From positions 744,001 to 808,000 of the forward strand of contig CM068761.1 in assembly GCA_035084275.1 (NCBI GenBank): DNA of 64,000 nt, given 5' to 3'. The position numbers and the translations under genes were made by a program. A model generated the notes under the pieces. That model was not told where the DNA came from. It did not search any database and was given only the letters and a program-made list of their open reading frames with translations. This document shows, piece by piece, positions 50,761 through 62,700 of this stretch (position 1 is its first letter; every line of letters starts with the position of its first letter). Source of the stretch: Hydrolagus colliei. Lineage: Eukaryota.

Positions 50761-51871
50761 GCATCCTTGAATGCTGATGCTGCCAGTGGCTGAGATGTGG
50801 AGGCGCTGGCACCAGCCAATCAGGAGAGCTTCAGTCTTGGCTGACGTTCAACTGTAGCAAGTTGTTGAATTTACTGTACTGCGTCTTCACACTGAAAGTA
50901 TTTCTCCGTCCAGTAGTACCTCTGAGGTGTTGAATTACAGTCTGGTCTTTTCTGGTTGGTGGAGGACGTAGGGAAGGAATTGGAAGTTCTCCTCACAAGA
51001 ATTAGGCAGGGCTGACGACACTTGGGAACCAGAACGCTTGACCTTTTGCTCATAGTTACCGCACAAATCGAGAGACAGGCGGACCTGGAGGAACAAAATA
51101 ATTTAACTGGAAAAGTAAACCTTTCCAGGTCTCCCTGGTTGTCTTTTAATCATGTATTCACTGGGTGAGATTTTACAACTGCTCAAATCTTAACGCAGTG
51201 CCAGCTAAGTTGGCTTAATATAGGTGGCGTTCCATCTTCCCTCAGGCCTTGCAAATTTGTTTGACTCCAGTTTATAGAACCTGTTTACCCAACCAAGTAA
51301 AGGGCTCTTCACATGACATAGCATCTGTATTGGCTGCTTAATCTCAGTTTCACCTGGTGGTTCATCTCTTGACAAATTTAGTCAGTTCGCCTTACCTGCC
51401 TTGTGCTTAACGCCGAGAGAATTGCTCCTGCCTGGCCAATGTAACTCAATCGTGCAAATGGGCAGGCCGCAGAAACTTTAAAGGTGGCAAATGCTGACTA
51501 TGAGAGTGATGTGATCAGACAGAGCAGAATTTGTAAATCAATGTCATGTCAAAAGAGATAAAACCTTATCAGCGAGGGGTTGGGGGGCACTGCACACGGC
51601 ATTGATAGAAAAAGTGGCTTTACAAATGGTGAAGGGAATAAGAGGTGATAGAAAATCAATTCTAACAAAAGAAAATTTACTGAACAATGTAAAATAAATG
51701 TGCTCTTTGACTCCAGCAAAAAAAACCTTAGTAGCAATGTGTCGGCTACATTTTGAGAAATCTGTGTTGTGGTTGATGTCAAATTGTATGGGGAGCTGAA
51801 GACATCAGGTGCCCAGCAAGTGTTTAACATTTAACTAGAGGTCTCTACTGGTCAATATTTCAATCACACAA

Positions 51872-51918
51872 AGAGAGAGAGAGAGAGAGAGAGACGTATA
51901 TACACACACACACACACA
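51872..51918. repeat. Compound (GA)n/(CA)n microsatellite
   Basis: Directly visible. Confidence 0.9.
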
Positions 51919-52184
51919 GCATGTACAAACAAGCGAAGAGAAATCACAGACCTGTCCAACATTAGGCCTGTTAATGAACCATCGTATGTTTGGTGACAGC
52001 AGTGAAATTGGACTTCTTCATTCTCAGCCAACTTTCCATGCACTAAGATTCAGGTCTTCACTGGTCCCGAAAACATCAGAGTCGAATCAATCCCCAAAAA
52101 ATAAAAGCACACCATTCTTCACAGGTGACTTCGGAAGCAGCCTCTGTATGTATGTACCTGCCATCCAGCCAGCCTCATGCACTA

Positions 52185-52210
52185 TGTGTGTGTGTGTGTG
52201 TGTGTGTGTG
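52185..52210. repeat. (TG)n microsatellite
   Basis: Directly visible. Confidence 0.9.
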
Positions 52211-54194
52211 CGCAGGGCTCTCTTGTGGTGCTTCAGTGTATTGTCATCACGTCTGCTGTGCTATTGGATCAATTTCTGTGAAATGGACCCAAAAAGTCAC
52301 AAAAGTCACAGAAAGGCAGCTTTATTTGGGGGTGGGGGATCTGCTCACCGGAGCTCTGGCTGTCAGAGATCACTGTGAGGCACTCTGAGAAGCTTACCCT
52401 GCGTGAAGGGTGCTACATGATAAGTGCATATTGTCGTAAGGAGGCCATTCAGACAAGAGTCCGGCAAATGTCCCTCTCCTCTCTCTACACCTGCCCCCAT
52501 GAGGGGCTTGGATAACTCACTCATTTACAATGATTCTCATACCTCCAGCCAAAGCCAGGTGAATGTAGGCACCTTGTTGTGACAGGCTCCTTGATGCCTG
52601 TTTCAGTTGTCGTCACAGCCAGTAGGAATGTACAGGTCTGTACCCTCGATGTGAGATGGCAGGATTCCTGAGCCACATTGCTAGAGCCATTAGCTCTTCA
52701 GACAACCGAACGGGGAAACCCAACAGACCTTACCTCGGCCCCTTTGCCATTCTGGTATTGAACTCACCCCATTTTGGTGCTGAACCGCACGGTGACTCTT
52801 GGCATAATAAAATAAGCTTTGCTACACCACCAGTCGCATCGATAGATTGCAAAGGCTGGGCGAGGTTGGCTAGAGTTGGACCACGTGTGACTTTGCTTAA
52901 CCATTCCTTTCTTGCTGTTGATGGAGCACCTGAATGGCTTCTGCCTGAGTGTGGAGGCTTTCTGGCAGCACGGACACGATACAGTTCATAAACTATAGAT
53001 CAAGTTCAGTTCTTGCTGTGTTGAGGGGGGGGAGGGGGGGGGGGAGTGGGGTTGGGTGAGGAATGGACCCCAGAGACCGTAGATGATGGTAATGAATTTC
53101 CGTATCATTGTCTCCTCCACAACTGCTGGTCATTATCTTCCCATACGATGAGGAACTTTAGATTTTTTTCCCCTACTTTTGTGTGTAGTTTATCATTATT
53201 AATCAGATTTAATGTAATTCTATTTCAGAGCACCATTCGGTGGTGACAAGGTCAGCGCTGCATTAATGGTAACTGGCAGGATTGTCATTGAATGTCAGCA
53301 CCTGATTAGATGTGACAGATTTGCATATTATCACACAGACGATGTCCATATCGCTCTAATTTAGCTAAATTGTGCCGTGTAGATTGCACTGATGTACATT
53401 CCACTCGTGGGGCTGTTCAGACTATATATGGCCTCATTACGACCTGTTCTCATCTGCCTTGATGTGTAATGCACACTCAATAACTCCATCCTTTGCATTT
53501 GATAAAGGAACTTCTTTTAGAATTACGAATTGATGGCTTCAAATTGCTTCTGAATTTATCAGATAAGTGTGGTTTTCTAACCTTTTGCATACAGTTTTAC
53601 AGATATCTGGTACCTGTTAGTCCAGAGCTGTAACTATACTTTGATTAATTACTCAGTCGGTGTACCAGCACTTGGAAGCTCAGCAACATCCATTCCCAAC
53701 CTGAAGATCAACAGTTTTATATGGTTCCTGTGGTTTTATAGAATAATAGTAACTCAAAGCAGACAAGGGAGTCTGCACTTTGAACTGTCTGCAAGTTGAA
53801 GATAATGCCAAATCAATATCTCTTCTCTATCCCCGTTCATGTACTTCGGACTTTTAACTACCTGGCAAAGAAGAGGTGAGTTGTGATGAGAGTTGCTTAA
53901 GCAACGGAGTCTGTTCTCAGACCACTCGAGACTGCTGAAAATGGCCTTGTTTATTTTAGCGGCATAAACCAAGACACTCGGTAGAAAATGGAAAGGTGGC
54001 GACAATGTGAACGAGCCTAGGACTTGGCCACATTGTTCACGTAGATAGAACAAGCGCCCAACGTGGAGGGTGCTATAAAAATACAAGTTGTTGTTCTTGT
54101 TGCAGCAGGTGGATGGACTTTGGTGCACACAGGCCCAAGAAAAGAGTTTCTCCCAGTGCCCTGACCATCGATTTCCCTCCCCCAAAAAACTGCT

Positions 54195-54311
54195 GTGTTT
54201 TACCCACAAAATACAGAATCGCACCATTTGACATTATATTCTGTAAATCATGTTGAGATGTCTCAGCAGCATAATAATAGGCTACAACCAAATGCAAGGA
54301 TTATTATATTA
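54195..54311 (+). mobile_element. SINE 3' tail fragment
   Basis: tttacccacaaaatacag..ttatattctgt..gagatgtc..aaatgcaaggattattatatt. Confidence 0.55.
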
Positions 54312-55712
54312 CTGTCAAGTTTTTTTTCGCTGTTTCGTAGAGTATTTTTAATAGTGTTTCTAATTATCTTTTTATTCCAATGCTTGTGTGTAACCGGCAC
54401 CTGCTGTCTTTAGACAACTTTAAACTTGGGTTGCAAAGAAATGTGATGGTTTTGCCCTGTTTGAATCAGTTTGGTGTCTTGGGTCCCTTAAGACGTTACG
54501 AATAGATAGCAATCATTGGATTTGGTAACATTTAAAAGTGTGAATGAGATCTTTCTTTAGATCCTCTGTCCAAGGCCATACACGTCTCAGGGGAGAGGTG
54601 ACTGTGATGAGAAATAGCACATTATGGGGCATCAACAGATTCTGCAGCAATATATAAAAAAAAGCACTTTCGTTGCAAGATCTGCCATTTGCTTTGCTCT
54701 TAAATAGGGCAGCGCCATGCTGTAATCAGACATAAAAGGAGCCCAGTCTGTCTGATCGGTTCCACGTCTTATCGTAACGTTGATGATTAAATCAGAAGAT
54801 AAGTTAGATGAGTGTACAGCAAGGTTCACTATTAGTGAGTTCAGGCTGCATTTTGGGGAAGGGGAGTGGGCTTGTGGGAGGCATGAAACAGGAAGTTCTG
54901 AAATACCAGCCCCAGTCTTGTTATCTGGGTAGTATCTGTGGTCAGTCTCTCTATAGCTTGTGGCTGACTTCTGGTTTCATAGAAATATGAGCTCAGTGAA
55001 ACTGCACTTTGGTTCTCACATGTTTTGTCAGTTAGATTCTGATGTCTGTGGTAACGATGAGTCCTGGAGGTGTCTGGGTGCGGTTACAGCAACAGGAAGA
55101 GGGAGACATTTGGCCTGCAGAGACAGGAATAACTCTTATCAGATGGTAACCAAAAACGCTGATAAAGACGTGTGCTTTTTCTCAACGCGTTTCAGAAGGA
55201 AGTGAGATTGCAGCTACAAAATATTTAGTTTTTAAGTACTAAATTGGAAGTCTTTTAATTTATTTAAGTTGCCTTGAGTCCCCCCTCCCCCCCCCTCCCC
55301 CGCGTGTTCTCAGCCCGTTTGCTGCACTTCACTGCATTGCAGTGGGTCTCGTGATGGAAATGCTTTGTTCTGCTGCACAATGGTGTGAGGCCTGCTGAAG
55401 GCCGTGTCATTTTCATCCCCACGGCAATGTCTGCAGGAGCCGAGAGCGACGCCCCGTACAGCAGCGCGGCCGGCGGGAGTGTTTGCCACCTGGCCACGCC
55501 TCAGTCTGACGGGGTGCACGAGACGGGAACCACAATTGCATCATTTGCAAAGTATCGCGGACGCTTCCTCCTCAGCCCACACGCACTTGTGGAAGAACAG
55601 CAAAACAAGTTACGTGATAACTTGGCAATATCACTCACGTTCCTTCAACTGTCGTTACAACCAAAGTTTTGGTGTTAATTCAGATCATCGGGTTAGTCGG
55701 TGGTGAATTCTG

Positions 55713-55760
55713 TCTCTCTCTCTCTAGAGAGAGAGAGAGAGAGAAACAGACAGAGAGAGA
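55713..55760. repeat. (TC)n abutting (AG)n, forming a 26-bp perfect palindrome centred at 55725/55726
   Basis: tctctctctctct|agagagagagaga. Confidence 0.85.
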
Positions 55761-55995
55761 GGCGATGTGCACAGTTCACAAAACCGAACTGCCTGTACTG
55801 ACTACCGCAGTGTCGCAGTTTCCTCAGGCATCGGGCTTCGAGCCCACACCGACCGCAATGGAAGAAATCAAGTGTGAAATGATTCATATCGGTCCCTTCA
55901 CTCACTCGCTTCATTTTCACAGTTCACACCAGGAGAGCGTTGGTATTTCTATCTTCATCTGCTTGCAGCGAGTCATGCATGCACCAAACAGACAA

Positions 55996-56175
55996 ACAAC
56001 AACAACAACAAATTACACTTATAAAGCGCCTTTCACGTCGGGAGGACGTCCCAAGGCGCTGCACAGGAGGCGTGTGACCCGAGCTGGGAGGGGAGTGTAC
56101 GGGAAGGGGTGAAACAAGTAGGGGAGGTCGAAGAATTCGGGGTGGAACAAAAGGCACGGTCGAAGAGGAAAGTCT
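55996..56175 (-). mobile_element. Young 5'-truncated L2 3' end (copy B)
   Basis: Near-identical to 40031-40213, CpGs retained, (CAA)n tail. Confidence 0.85.
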
Positions 56176-58997
56176 GCGAGTGGTTCCACCGGGCACGCAC
56201 ACACAGAGCACAATGTTTTTCAGAGGGACAGGGTTATATGAAATTAACTACAATTCGGATTCTTTTCAAATGGTCTAAAACAGTTGTAAAATCCACTGCT
56301 AAAGCTCATGGGACCTGGGTTAGTGATTTCCCTGGTGCCGTTTATCAAATCACCCTTAAAGAAACCAATGCTGTTTTGTTTACTGATGGATGTGGGGGAA
56401 ATGTTTGTTCGGCCAAATTGACTCCAGTAACCTGCGTTAATGCAGCGCCTTTTCATATCAAATAAATATCTTGACGCAGGTTACAAACTATTGTTTTTAT
56501 TAGAAACAAGGCAACCCAAGAGGCCAATTTGAACCATTTCACACTTAATCCGGAGGTTCAGGCGGACACCGGGGTTTAATCTGAACCAGCAGCGCCCCAT
56601 AATCAGCAATAGGGTCCGGAGCCGTTTGAATTTAGGGACAAATTTGGATACGGAGAAAAGACATCAGGTAAGCAGCAGCGCAGGTCGCCAGTGTACACCA
56701 CACCTGTTTGCTGAAACGTAAACATCGCGTGTAATAATTTGCCCTCAGAGGCTGCCCAATGTCTCGGATTTGATTTGTCCGATTGGGAAGCGGAAGTATC
56801 TTGATGTGACACCAGATTTATTTACAGTGCGGGTGGGTGCCTCCCGACCCCTCAAACTGCCAGTGACATTTTGAGTTGAAGTACTTGATGCTAACCTTGA
56901 GAAACCACTGAATATTCCAAGCTCAAGCTCGTTGATGGCAATCAAGATGAATATTGTTTGTCTGGTTTCAAACAGTGGCTGTCTGTAAAGTGTCACAAGA
57001 GATTTTTTTGTGAAGAAACGACACCTGTCTTTGTGAGTGGATGACTGGATCTCCGATTATACTTAGTTGCTGTGTGATGCCTGTGAAGATAGATGCTATG
57101 CCACTGAATGCAGAGCCTGGGAGATCTCTTCAGTCTTGTCCAACATTCGCACAAATGTGCTTCCCAGCCGAGGTCACTTTAACAGAGATCAATGCTTGGA
57201 ATCTGACTGAATATTTTCCCTTTCCCGGTCCAAGGGAACCAAGGCCAACTTCAGCAGAACCGACACTAACTCCCTGGCAGGGCTTGAGCCTAGAGCTTGT
57301 TTTGCGGGTCTCAGTGCCGAGCCACACAACTTATTATTTACTGGATTACCTGTGGGAAAGTCGGCTTTTGATTTCTTGAGAAGAATATGGTGTGTATTCA
57401 TGTGGCCGTGTCTGGCACGCGCTTTAAACGGTACAGAGAGGCATTTAGTGTGAGATTCCCGAGGAGACCAGAGCAAACACAACGGTTTTGCTGTTTTTTT
57501 TGTGTGTGGTTACAGAGGCAGTAAAACCCAAAAAATTTCAAGCGATTTCGATACCACTTTGATCTGTTTTCCCTGGGCGCGATCCGCTGGCACGTGTCTT
57601 TGTGATTTGATTGAAGTTGGTTATGTATCTCTGGCTATTTTTCTGTCTTTCCTCCTTGAGCTTTATCTGGTGAAGTTTCTCCCGTTTGCCGGCAGAAATG
57701 ATTTCTTCCGCAACCTCAAACAGCTTTTTCAACATTGCAGTGTTGTTATTAGAACACATTGCTGAAGAGAGAACTAAATCTGCAGGCATTAGGAATAGCC
57801 AACCGATAAAATGAACATAAACCCCCCACCCGCCCTATTATCAAAGCTTTTACTTATCAGATTCCTGATTTATAATTTTATTTGCAGAATAAATTCATGT
57901 TCTATCAGATGAGAGAACGCATTGTGCATGGGATACAGGGTTAACCGCTCAGTCAGTAACTGCTACAAAAGCCTGGTTGAAGGAACGTCCCAATTATAGC
58001 GTTCCACTGTCTTTATTTCCGTTTAATCTGGACTATCTATCATACTTTTGCTCATTTCACAGTCTGTATCAGTTCAGTGACTCTGGCCTGCTCTCAACAA
58101 AGGATACACTTGGATTATCTCTCGCCAGGCAGTCGTCCCCAGCGGTTTGCAGGTGCTCGCGTTTCATTGCCCTCACACACTGAGACGCACAGCACAAATT
58201 AGTAACAGAGTCCAATAGCTCAGCACGCCACCATCAAAGGATTGACATTTTCAGCCTTTCCAAAGGGGTTTCTTTGTCAAAACCACACCATGAACCCTGT
58301 CCAGCTGAAAGGCTATTTGTCTGGCCTGTGTGCGGCACTACTGTAGTGTTGAAGCCTGCTGCTCGCCTCACGCTGAGACCGTGACTGTTGCTGCTAGCAA
58401 CAGATAAAAATCACTGTTAACTGCAGCAAGACCCACAGCACATCAATCACAGGCCTAGATGAAGGCTTTGGGGTCTTGCCTATTCTCTAGATTTTACTGC
58501 GCGCTTTCCAGTGACTGAACACTCTATGGTGCAGGCTGGCTCATTCAGTTCAGAAAACTTTATTTCCATGAATAAAGGTTTTGACTGATTTTTCTTAAAA
58601 GGCGCTGTATTTAAAAGAAGTTAATTCTTGTCAGGACATTTGTCCAAAGGGAGGCAAGGTTTTGAAGAGAGTTGGGCTGTGTCATGCTCTTAAAGTGGGA
58701 CAATTGAGTAAAGCCTCGTGTAATTGTGTACAAAGGGCTTTTTAAAATAAGCCAAAACTGCTCCCGCGTTTAGGGGTCATCTCTAAAGCTTGCTTTATGT
58801 GCAGTTTTTAGCCTTTTATTGAGATTGTTATAAGGCCGACCTTTAGATGACAGGAGGGTGAAGCATGTTCTGATGGAGTGTTTGAATGGAGCCAATGAAA
58901 TGTGTTAACACTTCATTTCTCGGACAAAGCTCATTATTTTCACTGGGAACAACCTGACCCACAGAGCGGTTTGTACTGCAGTCCCCAACATCCCCCC

Positions 58998-59275
58998 CCA
59001 GCACCTCACTCCCCTCACCCACCAGCCCACACTCCCCTCACCCACCAGCCCTCACCCCCCCCTCACCCACCAGCCCTCACCCACCAGCCCTCACCCACCA
59101 GCCCTCACCCCCCTTCACCCACCAGCCCTCACCCCCCCTCACCCACCAGCCCACACTCCCCTCACCCACCAGCCCTCACCCACCAGCCCTCACCCACCAG
59201 CCCTCACCCCCCTTCACCCACCAGCCCTCACCCCCCCTCACCCACCAGCCCACACTCCCCTCACCCACCACCACC
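58998..59275. repeat. C-rich minisatellite, core CTCACCCACCAGCC, with exact 99-bp higher-order duplication
   Basis: About 12 CCACCAGC cores; 59062-59160 is identical to 59161-59259. Confidence 0.95.
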
Positions 59276-59683
59276 TTCCTCCACCAGGCTCCTCTCTCTC
59301 TGAGAGATCATATTCTGACCCGGGCACCTGATCCACTGAAAATAGACACGTTTTTTTTTCTAAATGGTCTTTGAGTTTCACTGTAAACAAGCAATGAGAG
59401 CAGCATTATGGAACGTTAGACGTTGGGTCATGTGCTACTTACTTTGGGAGTGGATCCAGTTTAGGGACTCCTGTGTTTTGAAACAGTGGACGTGTTTCTA
59501 AGCCTCTCTAGTGTCCTCGGGGATCTACCTGATTTTGTGCTTTGTTTCTCTCTGAGCCCCTGACGTGCCGCAGTCACTGCTGTGAATAATGGGGAACTAA
59601 GAGCCGTTGACACCCTCATCTGCAAAAAGGGGCGACATTTTACCCCCACCCCACCCCCCCCCCTCCTCTCCCCCAATTCACAG

Positions 59684-59770
59684 ACTGTCCAAAAGGCTGC
59701 CATTTTTGGCACACTGTCTGGTGCTTTGTTGTGTCTGATGGCGGGTGATTGCATTGACCCACCCACGCAG
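59684..59770 (+). other. Candidate unannotated 87-nt exon (in-frame cassette or alternative first exon), TVQKAAIFGTLSGALLCLMAGDCIDPPTQ
   Basis: C-rich tract plus cacAG acceptor, consensus CAG|GTGAGT donor followed by G-runs, stop-free in phase 0. No homology recognised. Confidence 0.3.
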
Positions 59771-62700
59771 GTGAGTGATGGGGAGTGTGTGGGCGAGGGG
59801 TGGGTGGGGGGGGGGGGTGTTCCGTCTCCCAGCCGGTATCAATCGTTGCCGCTCACAATTAAACCTGAGCGCGCTTGGTTAGGCACAGGTTCCCCCCACC
59901 CCCCCTCTCCCCCCCCTCTTCTGTTGCTGTGGAACCTGCCCTTAGCTCTTACCTTAATAGAAACTCCATCGTCTGTGCGATTGGGGAGCTCCGCAGTCAC
60001 CTCCCCACACAGCTCTGCCCTCTTAACAGTGTATGATGGGAACATTTTGGGATCTGTATTTCTCTCTCTCTCCCCACCCTCCCCATCCCCCCTCACACTA
60101 TTGTCTGACTATTGTCCTTTACTCTGAAAGGTGACCAAATACTTCAAACGTATCTTATGGTGGTGTGAATGCTGCTTATTTTGAATGCGGTTTCTATTCC
60201 CCGGGGCTTGAGGCCTCAGTACCCGAGGACAGTAGCTGTTTAATACACTGTGAGACACGGCTAGTAAAAGATTAATTAATTTGACACAATCTGGGGCTAG
60301 CGACCGTCCTCAGGGAGCTTTAGTCGGCAGTGCCTGGAGCCAGCCTGTGGTCGTGTACAAGAGATTCTTTTGATCGAAAATCATTGCTTGTGTAGCATTT
60401 ACAGGCTGCATTACACTCCCAACTCAGTTGAATATGGACTAAATCAGTGTGGAAAAAGCTTTGCATAGGCACAGCGCTGACTTATTGTGGTCAGGATTAA
60501 TAGAGACAGGCACTTGTGAATCATAGTAATGCACTTGGTAAATTGAATGGGCTCAAAACCTAAGGTTTTTATGTTTTGAGCTGACTGTTTTCCTGGCTTG
60601 GGCTAATAAAATACTGTAATCTCTTGTGCCTCTTGGACCTGGGATATTCTCCCCCTCCTCTAACCCACAGAAAGTGTTCAGAGGATTGGAATCTACACAG
60701 CGAGTTGTGAAGTGGGCAAGCTATTAAACATCAGAGCGGTGAGGTTGCATTTGCTGCCGTTATTGAAAATGGAATAACCTTTAATGGTGCTCTAAGACGA
60801 ACAGGAGTATTTTATATTGCGAGTAGTCCCACTAGAACTTAAAAAAATATGATTTGCCTGTTCTGTCCTTGCAGCAACAATTGTTGACTTTAATATCGTT
60901 AGGCCGCTGACGCCTGCTCATGAAGTAGGCTCACTCTTTCACAGTGTCTGTGACAGGGGCAGCCTCCTGATTGCTGATGTGGATGGAGCCTGGGCTCGCT
61001 CGCTCGATCGGGGAATATACAATAAGCTGCTGCTGAACCTCCCATCGACTCCTGTATCTACTGACCAGAGGGAGCTCTGTCTTCAGCCGGCTCCTCTCTG
61101 CACCAGTCAAAGGTGCAACACTGAAACAAAAATCCTCTGTACAGGGAAAGATCTGACAAAATGCTGTTTTTCTCGAGCTACGAGAAGCCGTGTACTTACT
61201 CTGGACTGTTTTTTTTGCCCATTAGCCTGGAACTTTCAGATGCTCGTAGACATAAAAACCTTCATTAAAGTATCAATGACCAATTCCACCTATTGTACTT
61301 GTGTGTGTTGTCATGGCGACAACCCATCCATCCTCTGTCTGCAGAGTGATTTCAGGCAGGAGTAGGCCATATCCATATCATCGACCCGTCCGATTCCCGA
61401 TAAAAGTCCCTTGTTACATTTGTCTCTAAGTCTTACCACCCTCAAATCCCTTTTAGTCTCTTCCGTTCATTGGAACATTTGCTATGTCATTTTGTTTTGC
61501 TATCTTGGGAGTGTTACTGTGGTTTAAGGTTAACCCTTCAAATACTGGAGATGTGCTATCTCGTTTGCTAGTTTAGTTTTTACGTTGAGGTAAGTGAGGG
61601 TGAATTAGTTACTTAACTGCCCCTGGTGTTTTACTGTTATTACTATTTGCTTGTTTCCACTTTTCTTTTTATTGTGCTATCACAATTTTTCATGCGCTTA
61701 ATAGTGGCCGAGTCTGTGAGTTTGCAGCTCCCTGCATTAGGGGAAAGCCTAGCAATGTTTGTTCAAAACTGACGTCTCAAATGGCTCGCTGGCGAAGCCC
61801 TTTTCACCTGTCTCTTTGCCACGAATCTCCTTGGTCACCTGTCGGCGCTGGCTAACCGAGGGAACAATCCGCAACACAACACAGTCTGCCCTGTTATTGT
61901 TTTGCTTCTATTTTATTCCTTCGATTTATTCAGCAATTTTTTTCCCCCCTCCTTTTTGCAGATCGCACGTCAGAATCGCCCTCCTGGCAACCGTTAGAGG
62001 TCAGTGAGAGCTGAGTGACTCTCCATAGGGTTATTCCTCAGCTTGACACCACCGTGCAAATCAACGTGTCGCTTGTCATTGAGCCCCTTCTCTCAGCCTG
62101 GTTCTCTGGGCCAGCACAACTTCAGCTCTGTCACAGAATCTCACCTGTTAACCTGACAGCCTGAGAATTCATCAAATGTCTGAGGCTGGGACTGCAAGAA
62201 AACTGCCCCTCGCCCCCCCACCCCCCCCACCACACCACCTCCCCCGCAGCTCTGTGAAACCAAGGCCCTCTCAGCCACCTCTTCCTCCTCTTAGCTGTTT
62301 CCTGTTCTAGTTTGACTCCTCTCTGCTTTCTTTCGCTCCTGCCCCCTGGACACATGCCTGCACATTCTTTGATTGACTGGATTTCATTTTATCAGTAACG
62401 TGTCTTGTCAGAAAAGCCTCCGGAGTTGTATCTGAAATAGATATTGTCTTTTCAGAGCGCACGGCCTTCATGACTAAGGCATAACATATCAATTTTACAT
62501 GGCTACTGGGACTGTTTGGATTAGGCAATTTAAGCCCCTAGGTACTGTTACAATGTCCCTGATGTGCTATTTTCAGCAACCCGGGGGGAACATCACGCAG
62601 TATCCATTCTGCTAAATCAAAGCACAAACAAGCCTTGCAAAAAATATACAAGGTGTCTCTTAGTACAGCACTCGCATTGAGGGAACGCAGTCACCACAAT

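Noticed and set aside
58998-59275. CRISPR-like array
   Set aside because: Units are contiguous low-complexity repeats without unique spacers; no cas genes; eukaryotic context.
58902-59303. Pro/His/Ser-rich 133-aa ORF
   Set aside because: It is simply the translation of the C-rich minisatellite.
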